A DNA stretch of 55,362 bases from a virus (Duplodnaviria; Caudoviricetes), in IMG/VR virus record IMGVR_UViG_3300030329_004008, positions 1-55,362 of that record; one strand, 5' to 3'. Under the pieces are notes generated by a model. The model did no database searches and was not told the DNA's origin. It was given only the letters and a program-made list of their open reading frames with translations. This document shows, piece by piece, positions 1-9,075 of this stretch. Each line of letters opens with the position of its first letter. Positions within the stretch are counted from its first letter, which is position 1. Position numbers and translations under genes: made by a program.

Positions 1-127
1 TTCCTTTCGCCCTTCTGCTGTTGAGGCATTTCACGAGTCTCTAGTAATTTATTCAGCTTTGGTATAGTAAGCTTGTTATAATCTACAGGCTCTTCAGTTA
101 GCTCGTCTGGATTTAAAAATCCTGGAG
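1..127 (+). repeat. Terminal direct repeat, copy 1 (circular overlap)
   Basis: 1-127 matches 55236-55362 except T49 vs G55284. Confidence 0.97.
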
Positions 128-2015
128 GAAGATCTTCTGTTTCATCCTGCTGCTCAAGTGCAGCTTGCTCCATTTGTAATTCAATTTCTCTCTCTTCTTC
201 TGTAGTGAGGTCAGGATCTGTTTGTTTTGGCTTACGAACTGGAGCGACTTCAGTAGCCTCTATATTTAAAAGTCTCTTAGCCTCTTCTACATAGGCTGGA
301 TCTGTATATCTTGTTGAAAATGCATCTAAAAATTCTTCATCATTTACCCCAAGTTCTCCAAGGATAGCTCTTCCTTTACGCTTTAATGCACCAAGGACTG
401 CTCCTGGAGTTCTATCTGATTGTCCTATATTTGCAGCTAATTGTTCTTCTTGATCAACCTCTCCAAGCCTAAGGACAGTTTTTAGCAATATACTATCCCT
501 ATCTATATCTGGAGCAACAACCTCAGGTCTAATATCTGGCTTATCAATCTGAAGATCCTTTAATGATTTAGCAGATCTAGGCTTTCCACCTAAAGCTTTA
601 ACAGCTAAACCCACTGCAGCTTCACCAAATGCACCTTTACTAGCAGTCTCACCAAGCTCTGTTTTAAATTCTGCCATTGCCTGAGTGTGACCTTTATAGC
701 CTGATTGTATAGCTTTTTGAGCTAATAGCTGTAAAGATTCCTCTCCAGCCCCTCCAGCACCTATAACTGCGGCAGATTCAATCCAGTCTACTATGCGCTT
801 ACTGCGCATCTTCTTAATTCTAGAACCAATATCACTGATACTCTGACCTGTTTTTTGAGCTAAGGCAACAGTCTTAGGATGCTTATATATAAAATCATCC
901 ATCTTAGCAGCCATCTTTTTATAGCCCGAAGTAAATCTTGTTCTATTCCATAGCTGTTGAGCAGGCACTCCCATTGACTTGTTAAGCATGAGTTTCAAAC
1001 TAGTACGCTCTATTGCCATAGCAGGTCCCATGTAGGCTAGGGCATTTGCATTAGCCATAGAAGAAGCATTCTCTATGCTATAACCACGATTTCTAAAATA
1101 TTCAAAGCTTTCATTCCATTCATCTGAATATTCAAATATTCCACCAACAGTCATTCCAGTTGTAAGAGCCGCAGAAGGTCCCCCTAGCACGAATCCTAAG
1201 CCAGCAGCACCAAAATTTATAATAGGAGAAGTTAATGCACTGGCAGCCCATGCGCCCATTTGCTTTGCGCTACGCTCCTTCTGTAAGTCTGAAGGACTAG
1301 CATTGTTAAGCCAATGATAATATGCACGATTCTTAGGATCTTGCATATGTTTTTCCATTGCATGCCCGCCATGTTCAGATAACATATTGCTCCACATTTG
1401 CAATGCATCTCCTGTGGTATACCCAGTAACAGGTCTTTTAAATCTGCCTTTCTTATAATCTCTGTATCCTTTATTTATTGCAAGGAAAGCCCCATCTGGA
1501 TTAGCATTCCATAAGCTCTTCCCTACCTTGCCCCAATCTACATAAGCTAAGGATTCTGGTATAGCAAATACATTTGCAGCAGTCTGAGGTAGCGCTGAGG
1601 GTAATGCAGATATAGCTCTCCATAATTGGGTTTCAGCTTCCTGTGTTATAACCTGTCCCCAACCTGGCTCTTTTACGCCAGCATCATAAAGAAATTCAAG
1701 AGGAACATCATCGCTCAATCTGTGCCTTAAAGCAGCTCTCTCTGGATGATTTTCATCGAAAATGTATCCTAATACAAATTGCTGATCTGTAATATTCTCT
1801 GGCTGGGTAAAGACTAATTTTTGCTCACCTGCGAAAGGAGTAACCCAATCGTAATCAGTACCTCCTCGTATTTGAGAGGCAAATTCCTCATAAGACATAA
1901 GTCCTGGAGCTAAGGAAAGCTTATCAGAAATAGTCTGTTCTTTTTCTAGTAGGGCTTTATACTTATCTGATGCATTTATGAGTGCATTAATCTCGGAAAT
2001 ATCTAGTCTGGCCAT
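1..2015 (-). CDS. N-terminal part (~662 aa before the ORF-track Met) of a giant ~2,791-aa internal virion protein / putative virion RNA polymerase; continues across the junction into 55362-48875
   Basis: ATG at 2015, 1 nt after the stop of 2017..4077, reads MARLDISEINALINASDKYKALLEKE... It is in frame with the ATG at 29 (=55264). The ORF track lists no closed ORF here, consistent with a frame open to the edge. Confidence 0.9.
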   Translation of the reverse strand, partial: MARLDISEINALINASDKYKALLEKEQTISDKLSLAPGLMSYEEFASQIRGGTDYDWVTPFAGEQKLVFTQPENITDQQFVLGYIFDENHPERAALRHRLSDDVPLEFLYDAGVKEPGWGQVITQEAETQLWRAISALPSALPQTAANVFAIPESLAYVDWGKVGKSLWNANPDGAFLAINKGYRDYKKGRFKRPVTGYTTGDALQMWSNMLSEHGGHAMEKHMQDPKNRAYYHWLNNASPSDLQKERSAKQMGAWAASALTSPIINFGAAGLGFVLGGPSAALTTGMTVGGIFEYSDEWNESFEYFRNRGYSIENASSMANANALAYMGPAMAIERTSLKLMLNKSMGVPAQQLWNRTRFTSGYKKMAAKMDDFIYKHPKTVALAQKTGQSISDIGSRIKKMRSKRIVDWIESAAVIGAGGAGEESLQLLAQKAIQSGYKGHTQAMAEFKTELGETASKGAFGEAAVGLAVKALGGKPRSAKSLKDLQIDKPDIRPEVVAPDIDRDSILLKTVLRLGEVDQEEQLAANIGQSDRTPGAVLGALKRKGRAILGELGVNDEEFLDAFSTRYTDPAYVEEAKRLLNIEATEVAPVRKPKQTDPDLTTEEEREIELQMEQAALEQQDETEDLPPGFLNPDELTEEPVDYNKLTIPKLNKLLETREMPQQQKGER

Positions 2016-2016
2016 A

Positions 2017-4077
2017 TTATCTTATTTTAAAAAGTGCTGGATCTATATTGTTAAGAAGTCTTACCGCTGGTAGCAACTCAAGGAATAATCTAGCATGATT
2101 TTCATCACCATCAAAATAACTTGAGATAGTCTTGGATGTTATATTTGGAATATATCCACCACGTCCATCGCTTTTAGTCATATATTCTGATAATGCTTTT
2201 AAACTCTGCATTCTATCTTCGTTACTTGCATGATAAGCGTCTTGATAATCGTCAAAAAGTTTATAATAAGGCGTCTCTTTGTCATCTCTGAACCATCCCA
2301 TTTCACCTCCCGCTTTTGACAATAAACTATATGCATTGCTTGCAACTTCATTTGCTACTCTTATCGAAGCCCCAGGAGTATATTTCTTCATGGTTGTCGG
2401 AACCTTAATCTTGAACAGCCCTGCAGTGCTTTGGTCCTCTTCTGTAAACATATCCTCAAGTTTGTCATCCCAAGCATTACTCCAATCTGATAAAGTCCCT
2501 CTATTATCTTCAAGATATTCCTGATTAAATGCATGCCCGCTAACAGACGCCCATCTTTCTTGGAAGGCGCTAATATTAGCAGCTTCAGATTCCATCTTAT
2601 CACTAACTTTATCAAGTTCTTTAATAAGTTCTGGATCATCCATTATAGTCTGTGCATATACCTTAGCTTGCTCAACCATATCTGCAGTAGTATTAGGCAG
2701 CATTGACTGAATAGTAGCTTCATCATTATTAGCATAAGCATTAACCAGACCAAACAACTGAGGATCTTCTGTGGCTAGCGTCTCTATATTCGCAAGAGAA
2801 GTAGCTGTAAATATTTTATCATAATCTGTACGTAATCCCTCTATAGCTTCATTTAAATGGTCTATCGCTCCTGGAGATTGGCTTATTAGCCTTGCCCTAT
2901 TTTTAATAGCTTCTCTATCGCTATCTGAAATAGAACTAAAATCCCCAGACCTTACTCCAGTTACCTCGTAATTTAAAGCGTGTAGCTGTACAGGAGACAA
3001 GCTATTAATATCAGCTTCTAGCAATCCTGTAGCTACCTTTTCATATTCTGTGCTTCTATTGTCAATCTCAGTACTAGCCTTCTTGTATAGCTCGCCTAAT
3101 TCTCCATGTAACGAGAATCTATCTATATTCTCTACAAATGCCTTGATATTATTAGCTGCTTGATCCTTATCCATTGGTGAGGGACCCAATAATGCAGCGG
3201 CATCATCATATGTTTTCTGACTTCTATCGCCAGATGCAGCAGCTACATAAACAGCTTGCATTAAATTTGGATTCTCTAAAGCCAATACTTCTAACTGACT
3301 CTTAGAAACTTCTGTCAAAGCTGTAATTCCGCTTTCGTAAAATTCTTTTGCATCAGATATATTTTCTGACTTCATCTCATGACCTTCAGGAAGAAAATAG
3401 CTCTTCATCCCTGTAGCATCTTGATCCTTAAGCTCTGCAAATCCTAATTCCTTAAGAGCATCTTCCTGATATCCAGACAAGAAATTCTCCATGTCAAGCT
3501 GTATCCCAGCTTCGTTTTTATCCTTATCCATAGCCTTAACTAAAGCTATTGACTGATTGTCTTTAACGATCTTATCTAATCTATTTTTCAGCCTGGATTG
3601 ATTAGCATCATATGCCTTGCTAGCAACAGAAAGCTTAGATTGTTTTAAACTTTCCAGAACTTCTAAAGCATCCATGCTTCTAGTTTCTAATCCACTCCAC
3701 TCATCATATACTGCTTGAATTTCATTCTCACTATCTACAAACATCTGCTCACGTTGCTTAATAGCTTCAAGCCCCATAGTGCCCTGTTGGTAGACTGTTG
3801 CAAGGGCATCATTATATAGGTCGTAATCATCATTTTGAGACGCCTCGTTTACAAGTTCTAAGCTTTCTTCCATTCCTGATACAATCTCTGCATTATATCC
3901 TTGAGAATTAAGCATCTTAAAGCCTGAACTAATCGGATCAACAAGAGCCTTAACTTCTACTTGATCTTCCTTTGCGTCAAGCTTCGTAAAGTACTCTAAT
4001 GCAGTTAATGCAGTGCTAGTAATGCCCTTTAATAACTGTTCATTACTTACTTGTAATTTACTTGTATCTATTGCCAT
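2017..4077 (-). CDS. Putative internal virion (ejection) protein, 686 aa
   Basis: Long acidic, helical-looking ORF between tail genes and the giant protein; AAGGA RBS. Function inferred from position only. Confidence 0.65.
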   Translation of the reverse strand: MAIDTSKLQVSNEQLLKGITSTALTALEYFTKLDAKEDQVEVKALVDPISSGFKMLNSQGYNAEIVSGMEESLELVNEASQNDDYDLYNDALATVYQQGTMGLEAIKQREQMFVDSENEIQAVYDEWSGLETRSMDALEVLESLKQSKLSVASKAYDANQSRLKNRLDKIVKDNQSIALVKAMDKDKNEAGIQLDMENFLSGYQEDALKELGFAELKDQDATGMKSYFLPEGHEMKSENISDAKEFYESGITALTEVSKSQLEVLALENPNLMQAVYVAAASGDRSQKTYDDAAALLGPSPMDKDQAANNIKAFVENIDRFSLHGELGELYKKASTEIDNRSTEYEKVATGLLEADINSLSPVQLHALNYEVTGVRSGDFSSISDSDREAIKNRARLISQSPGAIDHLNEAIEGLRTDYDKIFTATSLANIETLATEDPQLFGLVNAYANNDEATIQSMLPNTTADMVEQAKVYAQTIMDDPELIKELDKVSDKMESEAANISAFQERWASVSGHAFNQEYLEDNRGTLSDWSNAWDDKLEDMFTEEDQSTAGLFKIKVPTTMKKYTPGASIRVANEVASNAYSLLSKAGGEMGWFRDDKETPYYKLFDDYQDAYHASNEDRMQSLKALSEYMTKSDGRGGYIPNITSKTISSYFDGDENHARLFLELLPAVRLLNNIDPALFKIR

Positions 4078-4093
4078 AATTTTTCCTTATTAA

Positions 4094-5320
4094 TTAACAT
4101 GAGCCACATTGAGTATTATGATATCTTGTTCTACATCTTGTATAGCTTTTACCCCATTTGCCTAAACAATGCAGAAGAGATTGCGCCTTCGCTGCTGAGC
4201 AACATAGTGTATTTACCGTACCACCTGGTGTAGACTCATCTAATGTATCTAAAATTTCACCGCCAGTTTCTGTTGTGATGCTACCAGTAGCAAGATCAGT
4301 ATAAAGTTCAGTAGCCCAATCTACACCTGCACTTTCACATTCTGCTTGAGAATGACCAGCTTGCATGCATGATGACATAACTTCATTTTTTAAAACCTCA
4401 TCTCCTTGAACGCCCGCGAAAACTTCTGTACAACTACCATCGTCTTTATTAGCATTTGGATTGTAATTAGGATCTTCAGGATCCATACAGCCTGGAATAA
4501 CTTCTGGACCTTCTTGTAATGGCTTAGCAGCAGTAATCAAATCCCACATTCTTCCTTGATAATTCTCTACTATATCTAAAAGATCTTGACCATAATCAAG
4601 TCTTCTACCTTCTATATTGATCAAGCTTCCTTCTAGTGCTAATTCATTTGCGTCTGCTTGAAAATCAAATCCACTCACTATTCTATCATATGCACTGTCA
4701 GCCTTTTGTTGCATTTGACCAGTTCTTTGACCAAATCCTCGAGACCTTATAATTGCCTCAGCACTATCTCCCATAGATTCAAGTTCACTAGACTTAGTAA
4801 ATCTTAAATCATCAGCTTTCAATTCCGCACCTTCTTTTGTAAGCCTTTTCTCTTCCTCTAAAAGACCTATCATAGATTCAATATTCTCTGTTTTCTGCTC
4901 AAAAGTACTACCTTCCCAACCAGGAAAGTCAGCACCATATTCCGCTTTCCATTCTTCAAAGCTAAGGTTTGTCCAATCCTTCCCTCCGATAGCTTCATAT
5001 ATATCTATAAGCCAAGAATCCTCATGTTCTCCTACTCCTGAAATAAAATCTCCCTGCTTATGTTCGTATCGCTCTGTTTCTGGATTCCAGATTAAAGGAT
5101 CTGGTTCCCAGCCTCTGTCGTCAGTATATGGATTTAGCGTAGCCTGAGGACAATCTTGAGGTGTAGCTGCATAAGATCCATCTATACATCGAAAGTTTCC
5201 CTGGCTTTTTGGAACTATATTTACATCTTTCTGATCTGTATCCCAAGGATTAAATTCTGTAAGATCTATAGGCTCATGAGAGCCCCATTCGTAACTGATA
5301 GAAGGATTTGTCTTTCCCAT
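4094..5320 (-). CDS. Putative internal virion protein with Cys-rich modules, 408 aa
   Basis: Central coiled-coil-like segment, a GCMDPEDPNYNPNANKDDGSC motif and a Cys-rich C-terminus; located in the ejection cluster. Confidence 0.6.
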   Translation of the reverse strand: MGKTNPSISYEWGSHEPIDLTEFNPWDTDQKDVNIVPKSQGNFRCIDGSYAATPQDCPQATLNPYTDDRGWEPDPLIWNPETERYEHKQGDFISGVGEHEDSWLIDIYEAIGGKDWTNLSFEEWKAEYGADFPGWEGSTFEQKTENIESMIGLLEEEKRLTKEGAELKADDLRFTKSSELESMGDSAEAIIRSRGFGQRTGQMQQKADSAYDRIVSGFDFQADANELALEGSLINIEGRRLDYGQDLLDIVENYQGRMWDLITAAKPLQEGPEVIPGCMDPEDPNYNPNANKDDGSCTEVFAGVQGDEVLKNEVMSSCMQAGHSQAECESAGVDWATELYTDLATGSITTETGGEILDTLDESTPGGTVNTLCCSAAKAQSLLHCLGKWGKSYTRCRTRYHNTQCGSC

Positions 5321-5322
5321 AT

Positions 5323-6363
5323 TTAATTACCTCTTCTTATATTATTTATTAATGGTAATTGGTCTTGATTTAAGTTTAATCTATTCCTTAATCTTACCGA
5401 TTCTAATAAGGCACTTGCCCGAGTTTGGGGTAATTCTGGCATAGGAACTGAAGATACTGTAGACCCAACAGTATACCCAGATTCTGTTATCTCCCCAGTA
5501 TCTATCATATTCTGTAAAAGCTCATCTAGATCTGGTATTCCATAAGTTAGTGATTCTGATGCTTCATCCCACGATGCAGAAGCATAATGTAGAGGAGTAG
5601 AACCAGAGAAAGGCTCTAATGGAACTTTTGATATTTGAGATAAATATGAATCTGAGACTGGCATATCTTTGAATCCCAATGCTTCAGGCAGAGGTGCATC
5701 TAAAGCATCTATAGCTGACAAGCCTCCTTCCAATGTACCAGTACTTTCAAGACCTTGATTAAACATTAATGCCTCAGGACTGAGTGTAGCACCTGTTGGG
5801 ACTGGAGCTTCAGGTCCCCCGAAGATAAATTCATTGGCTGACTCCCATCCACCTAGCTTCTGAACTCCAGAGGCCATACTATATGCAGTCATAGAGTCGT
5901 TAAGTTGCTTTAATATATCAGTCTTCCACTCACTATCAACTACATCCCTTAGCTTATCAGCTTGACCGTCTAATGCTTTAGCGACCTCTGGAGCTTTATT
6001 TTTATAATATTTTGTCTTAGGAGGCTCTCCAGTTACAAAGTCTCTTATAGCTTCATCTCCTTCTTGAAAATAATCTATCCCTCCTCTTACGACAGCACCT
6101 GCAGCTGTACCAGCAGCAACACATCCTCCAAGTCCAGTACCACCTGTGAAAATTAGACATCCAGCTGTAGTACCTAAAGTAGCTAGATTACCCCAAAATC
6201 CCTTGTCTTCTGTCTCTTCTGTATAGTCCTTTACGGCAGAGCTTAATCTATCTTGACCTTTTTGGAGCCACTTATCTATAGCTGATAAAGCTTCTATTGC
6301 ACCCATCTGCATTTTAGATCCTGCTTCCTTAAAACTTGCTGGTCTTTTGCTTTCTTCTGACAT
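5323..6363 (-). CDS. Putative DNA pilot/ejection protein with a glycine-zipper hydrophobic segment
   Basis: LATLGTTAGCLIFTGGTGLGGCVAAGTAAGAVVRGG; first gene after the tail fibre, where podoviral ejection proteins usually lie. Confidence 0.6.
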   Translation of the reverse strand: MSEESKRPASFKEAGSKMQMGAIEALSAIDKWLQKGQDRLSSAVKDYTEETEDKGFWGNLATLGTTAGCLIFTGGTGLGGCVAAGTAAGAVVRGGIDYFQEGDEAIRDFVTGEPPKTKYYKNKAPEVAKALDGQADKLRDVVDSEWKTDILKQLNDSMTAYSMASGVQKLGGWESANEFIFGGPEAPVPTGATLSPEALMFNQGLESTGTLEGGLSAIDALDAPLPEALGFKDMPVSDSYLSQISKVPLEPFSGSTPLHYASASWDEASESLTYGIPDLDELLQNMIDTGEITESGYTVGSTVSSVPMPELPQTRASALLESVRLRNRLNLNQDQLPLINNIRRGN

Positions 6364-6366
6364 AAC

Positions 6367-8442
6367 CTATCCCTTTAAGCTATTAATTTCTGTTTGCATT
6401 GTGTCTATCTTTGCTGACAATTCTTGTACTGCTTTGATAAGGGGAAGAACAACTTTACCTATTGATAAAAATTGTTTTCCATCTTCGCCTTCTTCCCACA
6501 TTTTAAAAGTCTCAATATTGCATTCATCTAATGCCTGCTTAACTTCCTGAGCAATTAATCCATGATGAACTTTATCCGTATTTAGCCTATTAACTGCTGA
6601 ATAGTCATCCCATTCTTCTGGAAATTCATTTTGTGGTTTCCATCTGAAGGTGACATTTCTAAGTTTATTGATAAAGTTAAGACCAAGAACATCATCTTTA
6701 ATATCTTGTTTCCTTCTAATATCAGAAGTTTGAGACCAGGACACAGTTCCAGTATCAAAAGTTGAAGAATATATCTTTTCACCTAACATTCCAAATGTGA
6801 ATCTATCAGCAGACCCAGAGAAAACACCTTCACCTGATGCAGCCCCAATTACTATTCCACTATCTGTGCCACCAGCAAGATCAGCCCCATAACCAATACA
6901 TATATTGTAATTTCCAGTAGTAAGACCATCTCCAGCATTACTTCCAACAGCTACATTGCCGAATGCTTCGCTTGACGTTGTTGCATCTAAATTTTGGAGT
7001 GATGCATACCCAACACCTACATTATGTTGATTGGATGATGAAGACAGTGATCCATCTGTTGTTCCAGCATCTAAAAGGCTATTTCTACCAATAGCTATAT
7101 TAAGACCACTATCTGTAATATTCGTTCCAGCATAATCACCAATACATATATTCCCTTGACCATCTTCAAGGCTTTTCCCAGCACTATCGCCTATTAAAGT
7201 ATTTTGTGTTGAAGTAGCAGTAAGTGCTGCTCCAGCATCAACACCTATAGCTATATTCTTAGACCCTAAATCATTCCCATTGACACCTATGACAACATTT
7301 CTAGTTCCAGAACTTGTAATATTAATTTGGCCAGTAAGGTTAATATTGGCAACATTAAACACACCAGCGTCAGTAAGCTGTGCTGTAACAGTATCCGTAG
7401 TCCCTTGCCGATTGACAAATTGAAGAGCACCACCAGTTAAAATAAGTCTAGAAGTATCATCAGCTACTGGCCCTATAATAGCTCCACCAGCTTGAAATGT
7501 AGCTGCTAACACACTATTATCATATAGCCTTATACCATTACTATCTACATGCGTATATGTAGTAGCATTATCTCCATAGAGTTTAATACCAGCAGCAGCA
7601 ACCTCAAGTTTTACATTTTCACTAGCAGTACCATCATATAAATAAATAGTAGAACCAAATCTTGCAAGCTTAAAATCAGAAGGGGACTGGTTTTCAGTCA
7701 TTATATCTATCTGAGTATCCCCTAAAACAACTTGAGCCTCCATAGCATCAATAGCATCTTGAGCAGCATCGGCAGCACTATCATCAGTAGCAGCTGTATA
7801 GGCTAAACCTATTTCATTACCTGCATATGAAGATCCAGAAGTTAAGGCAGCAACGCAATTAAGAGTCAGTACGCTACCATTCCATGTTAAGGAGTTGGTT
7901 CCTGTGCCCCTTATTGAGAAGCTTGGAGTAGAATCATCAAGCCCTAAAAAAATAGCAGATTCTTGATTATATGATACAGTATCATCACTTGCATGTACAG
8001 TCAACTTGGTACTTGTTCCTGTTAAGGCCAAACTACTATTAATAGTAGTAGTACCATTAGAATCAACTCGAAAATTAGTAACAGCATTCGTTCCTATTGT
8101 TAATTCGCCATCTGCCGCAACCCTAAGGGCAGATTTACTTGAAGAATCTTCACCTATTCTAAGAGTCTCTCCAAATTGAGCTATAGAGATGCTTCCATCC
8201 ATTGCATTGATACCGCTATCATCTATAGTAAGATGGGTTAAGTGCCTCTCTCCAAGAGTCTCTGTAGGACCTAAGCCAGTCCCATGCCATGCTCCACCGA
8301 CTTTAGCAAATAAGCTTACCTTGCCATTTATATCTCTAATAGTAATAGCTCCATTAGATCCTTCACTGCTATCAGGTTCTCCAGTGCCAGTAGTGATTTT
8401 ACTAGACTTTTGATTCCATATTTGTCTTTGGTATCTATCCAT
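6367..8442 (-). CDS. Tail fibre/spike with beta-roll repeats and C-terminal S74 intramolecular chaperone
   Basis: Repeats NIAIGVDAG, NTLIGDSAG, NICIGDYAG, NIAIGRNSL, NVAVGSNAG; S74 signature SDIRRKQDI...FRWK...GLIAQEV...LIKAVQELSAKI. Confidence 0.88.
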   Translation of the reverse strand: MDRYQRQIWNQKSSKITTGTGEPDSSEGSNGAITIRDINGKVSLFAKVGGAWHGTGLGPTETLGERHLTHLTIDDSGINAMDGSISIAQFGETLRIGEDSSSKSALRVAADGELTIGTNAVTNFRVDSNGTTTINSSLALTGTSTKLTVHASDDTVSYNQESAIFLGLDDSTPSFSIRGTGTNSLTWNGSVLTLNCVAALTSGSSYAGNEIGLAYTAATDDSAADAAQDAIDAMEAQVVLGDTQIDIMTENQSPSDFKLARFGSTIYLYDGTASENVKLEVAAAGIKLYGDNATTYTHVDSNGIRLYDNSVLAATFQAGGAIIGPVADDTSRLILTGGALQFVNRQGTTDTVTAQLTDAGVFNVANINLTGQINITSSGTRNVVIGVNGNDLGSKNIAIGVDAGAALTATSTQNTLIGDSAGKSLEDGQGNICIGDYAGTNITDSGLNIAIGRNSLLDAGTTDGSLSSSSNQHNVGVGYASLQNLDATTSSEAFGNVAVGSNAGDGLTTGNYNICIGYGADLAGGTDSGIVIGAASGEGVFSGSADRFTFGMLGEKIYSSTFDTGTVSWSQTSDIRRKQDIKDDVLGLNFINKLRNVTFRWKPQNEFPEEWDDYSAVNRLNTDKVHHGLIAQEVKQALDECNIETFKMWEEGEDGKQFLSIGKVVLPLIKAVQELSAKIDTMQTEINSLKG

Positions 8443-9074
8443 TAGTGTGCCCTGAGTATCCTGTAAACTAATGCAATATCATTGACCTCAAAATCCGCAT
8501 GAGTACTCCCACCGCTAGATACTATCTCCAGGGTTAAGTAACTAAATGCAGTGGGGCTTGATACTGTAAATTCATTCTTAGTTAAGCTAGCGCTTGTATT
8601 AAATGTATTGCTAGCAAACACATCACTGGTAGTTCCATTATCGTATCCCACTTTTATAACAGTATTCTCACCCTTTTTTGCATGCACTATTACCTTATAT
8701 AACTTCTTTTTTAATGCAGGGTACTTGAAGTCGAATGCTTTTGATGTCCATTTAAAATTAGCAGTAGCTTGCGGGCTTGGTTGCCACTTATCAATATCGT
8801 CAGTTCCTATCTTCCATACTACTAACTCTGAAGATCCGTTAATAGCAAAATTACTTACACTGACATTGGCAATAGCCCCTTTGCATAAAGACCATGAACC
8901 TGTTCGCATATCATATATAAGCATATCTTCATGATCAGTATGTGAAGAGTTAGTAGATCTTAAAACTAAAATTTGATCATTTACAGGATCATAGCCAATA
9001 GATGGATGTTGATCTGTATCGAAGAAAGACTGCCAGTCTATAGCTTTTTGTAATATATCAGTATTCTGAGCCAT
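8442..9074 (-). CDS. Tail nozzle/stabilization protein, C-terminal part
   Basis: IGYDP, YDMRTGSW, WTSKAFDFKYPALKKKLYKV and EVNDIALVYR resemble the C-terminal half of podoviral nozzle (tubular B / P22 gp10-like) proteins. Confidence 0.65.
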   Translation of the reverse strand: MAQNTDILQKAIDWQSFFDTDQHPSIGYDPVNDQILVLRSTNSSHTDHEDMLIYDMRTGSWSLCKGAIANVSVSNFAINGSSELVVWKIGTDDIDKWQPSPQATANFKWTSKAFDFKYPALKKKLYKVIVHAKKGENTVIKVGYDNGTTSDVFASNTFNTSASLTKNEFTVSSPTAFSYLTLEIVSSGGSTHADFEVNDIALVYRILRAH

Positions 9075-9075
9075 A

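Noticed and set aside
1-127. End repeat as a physical direct terminal repeat of the virion DNA
   Set aside because: It lies mid-gene and its 127-nt length matches a common assembly k-mer, so it is better explained as circular overlap.
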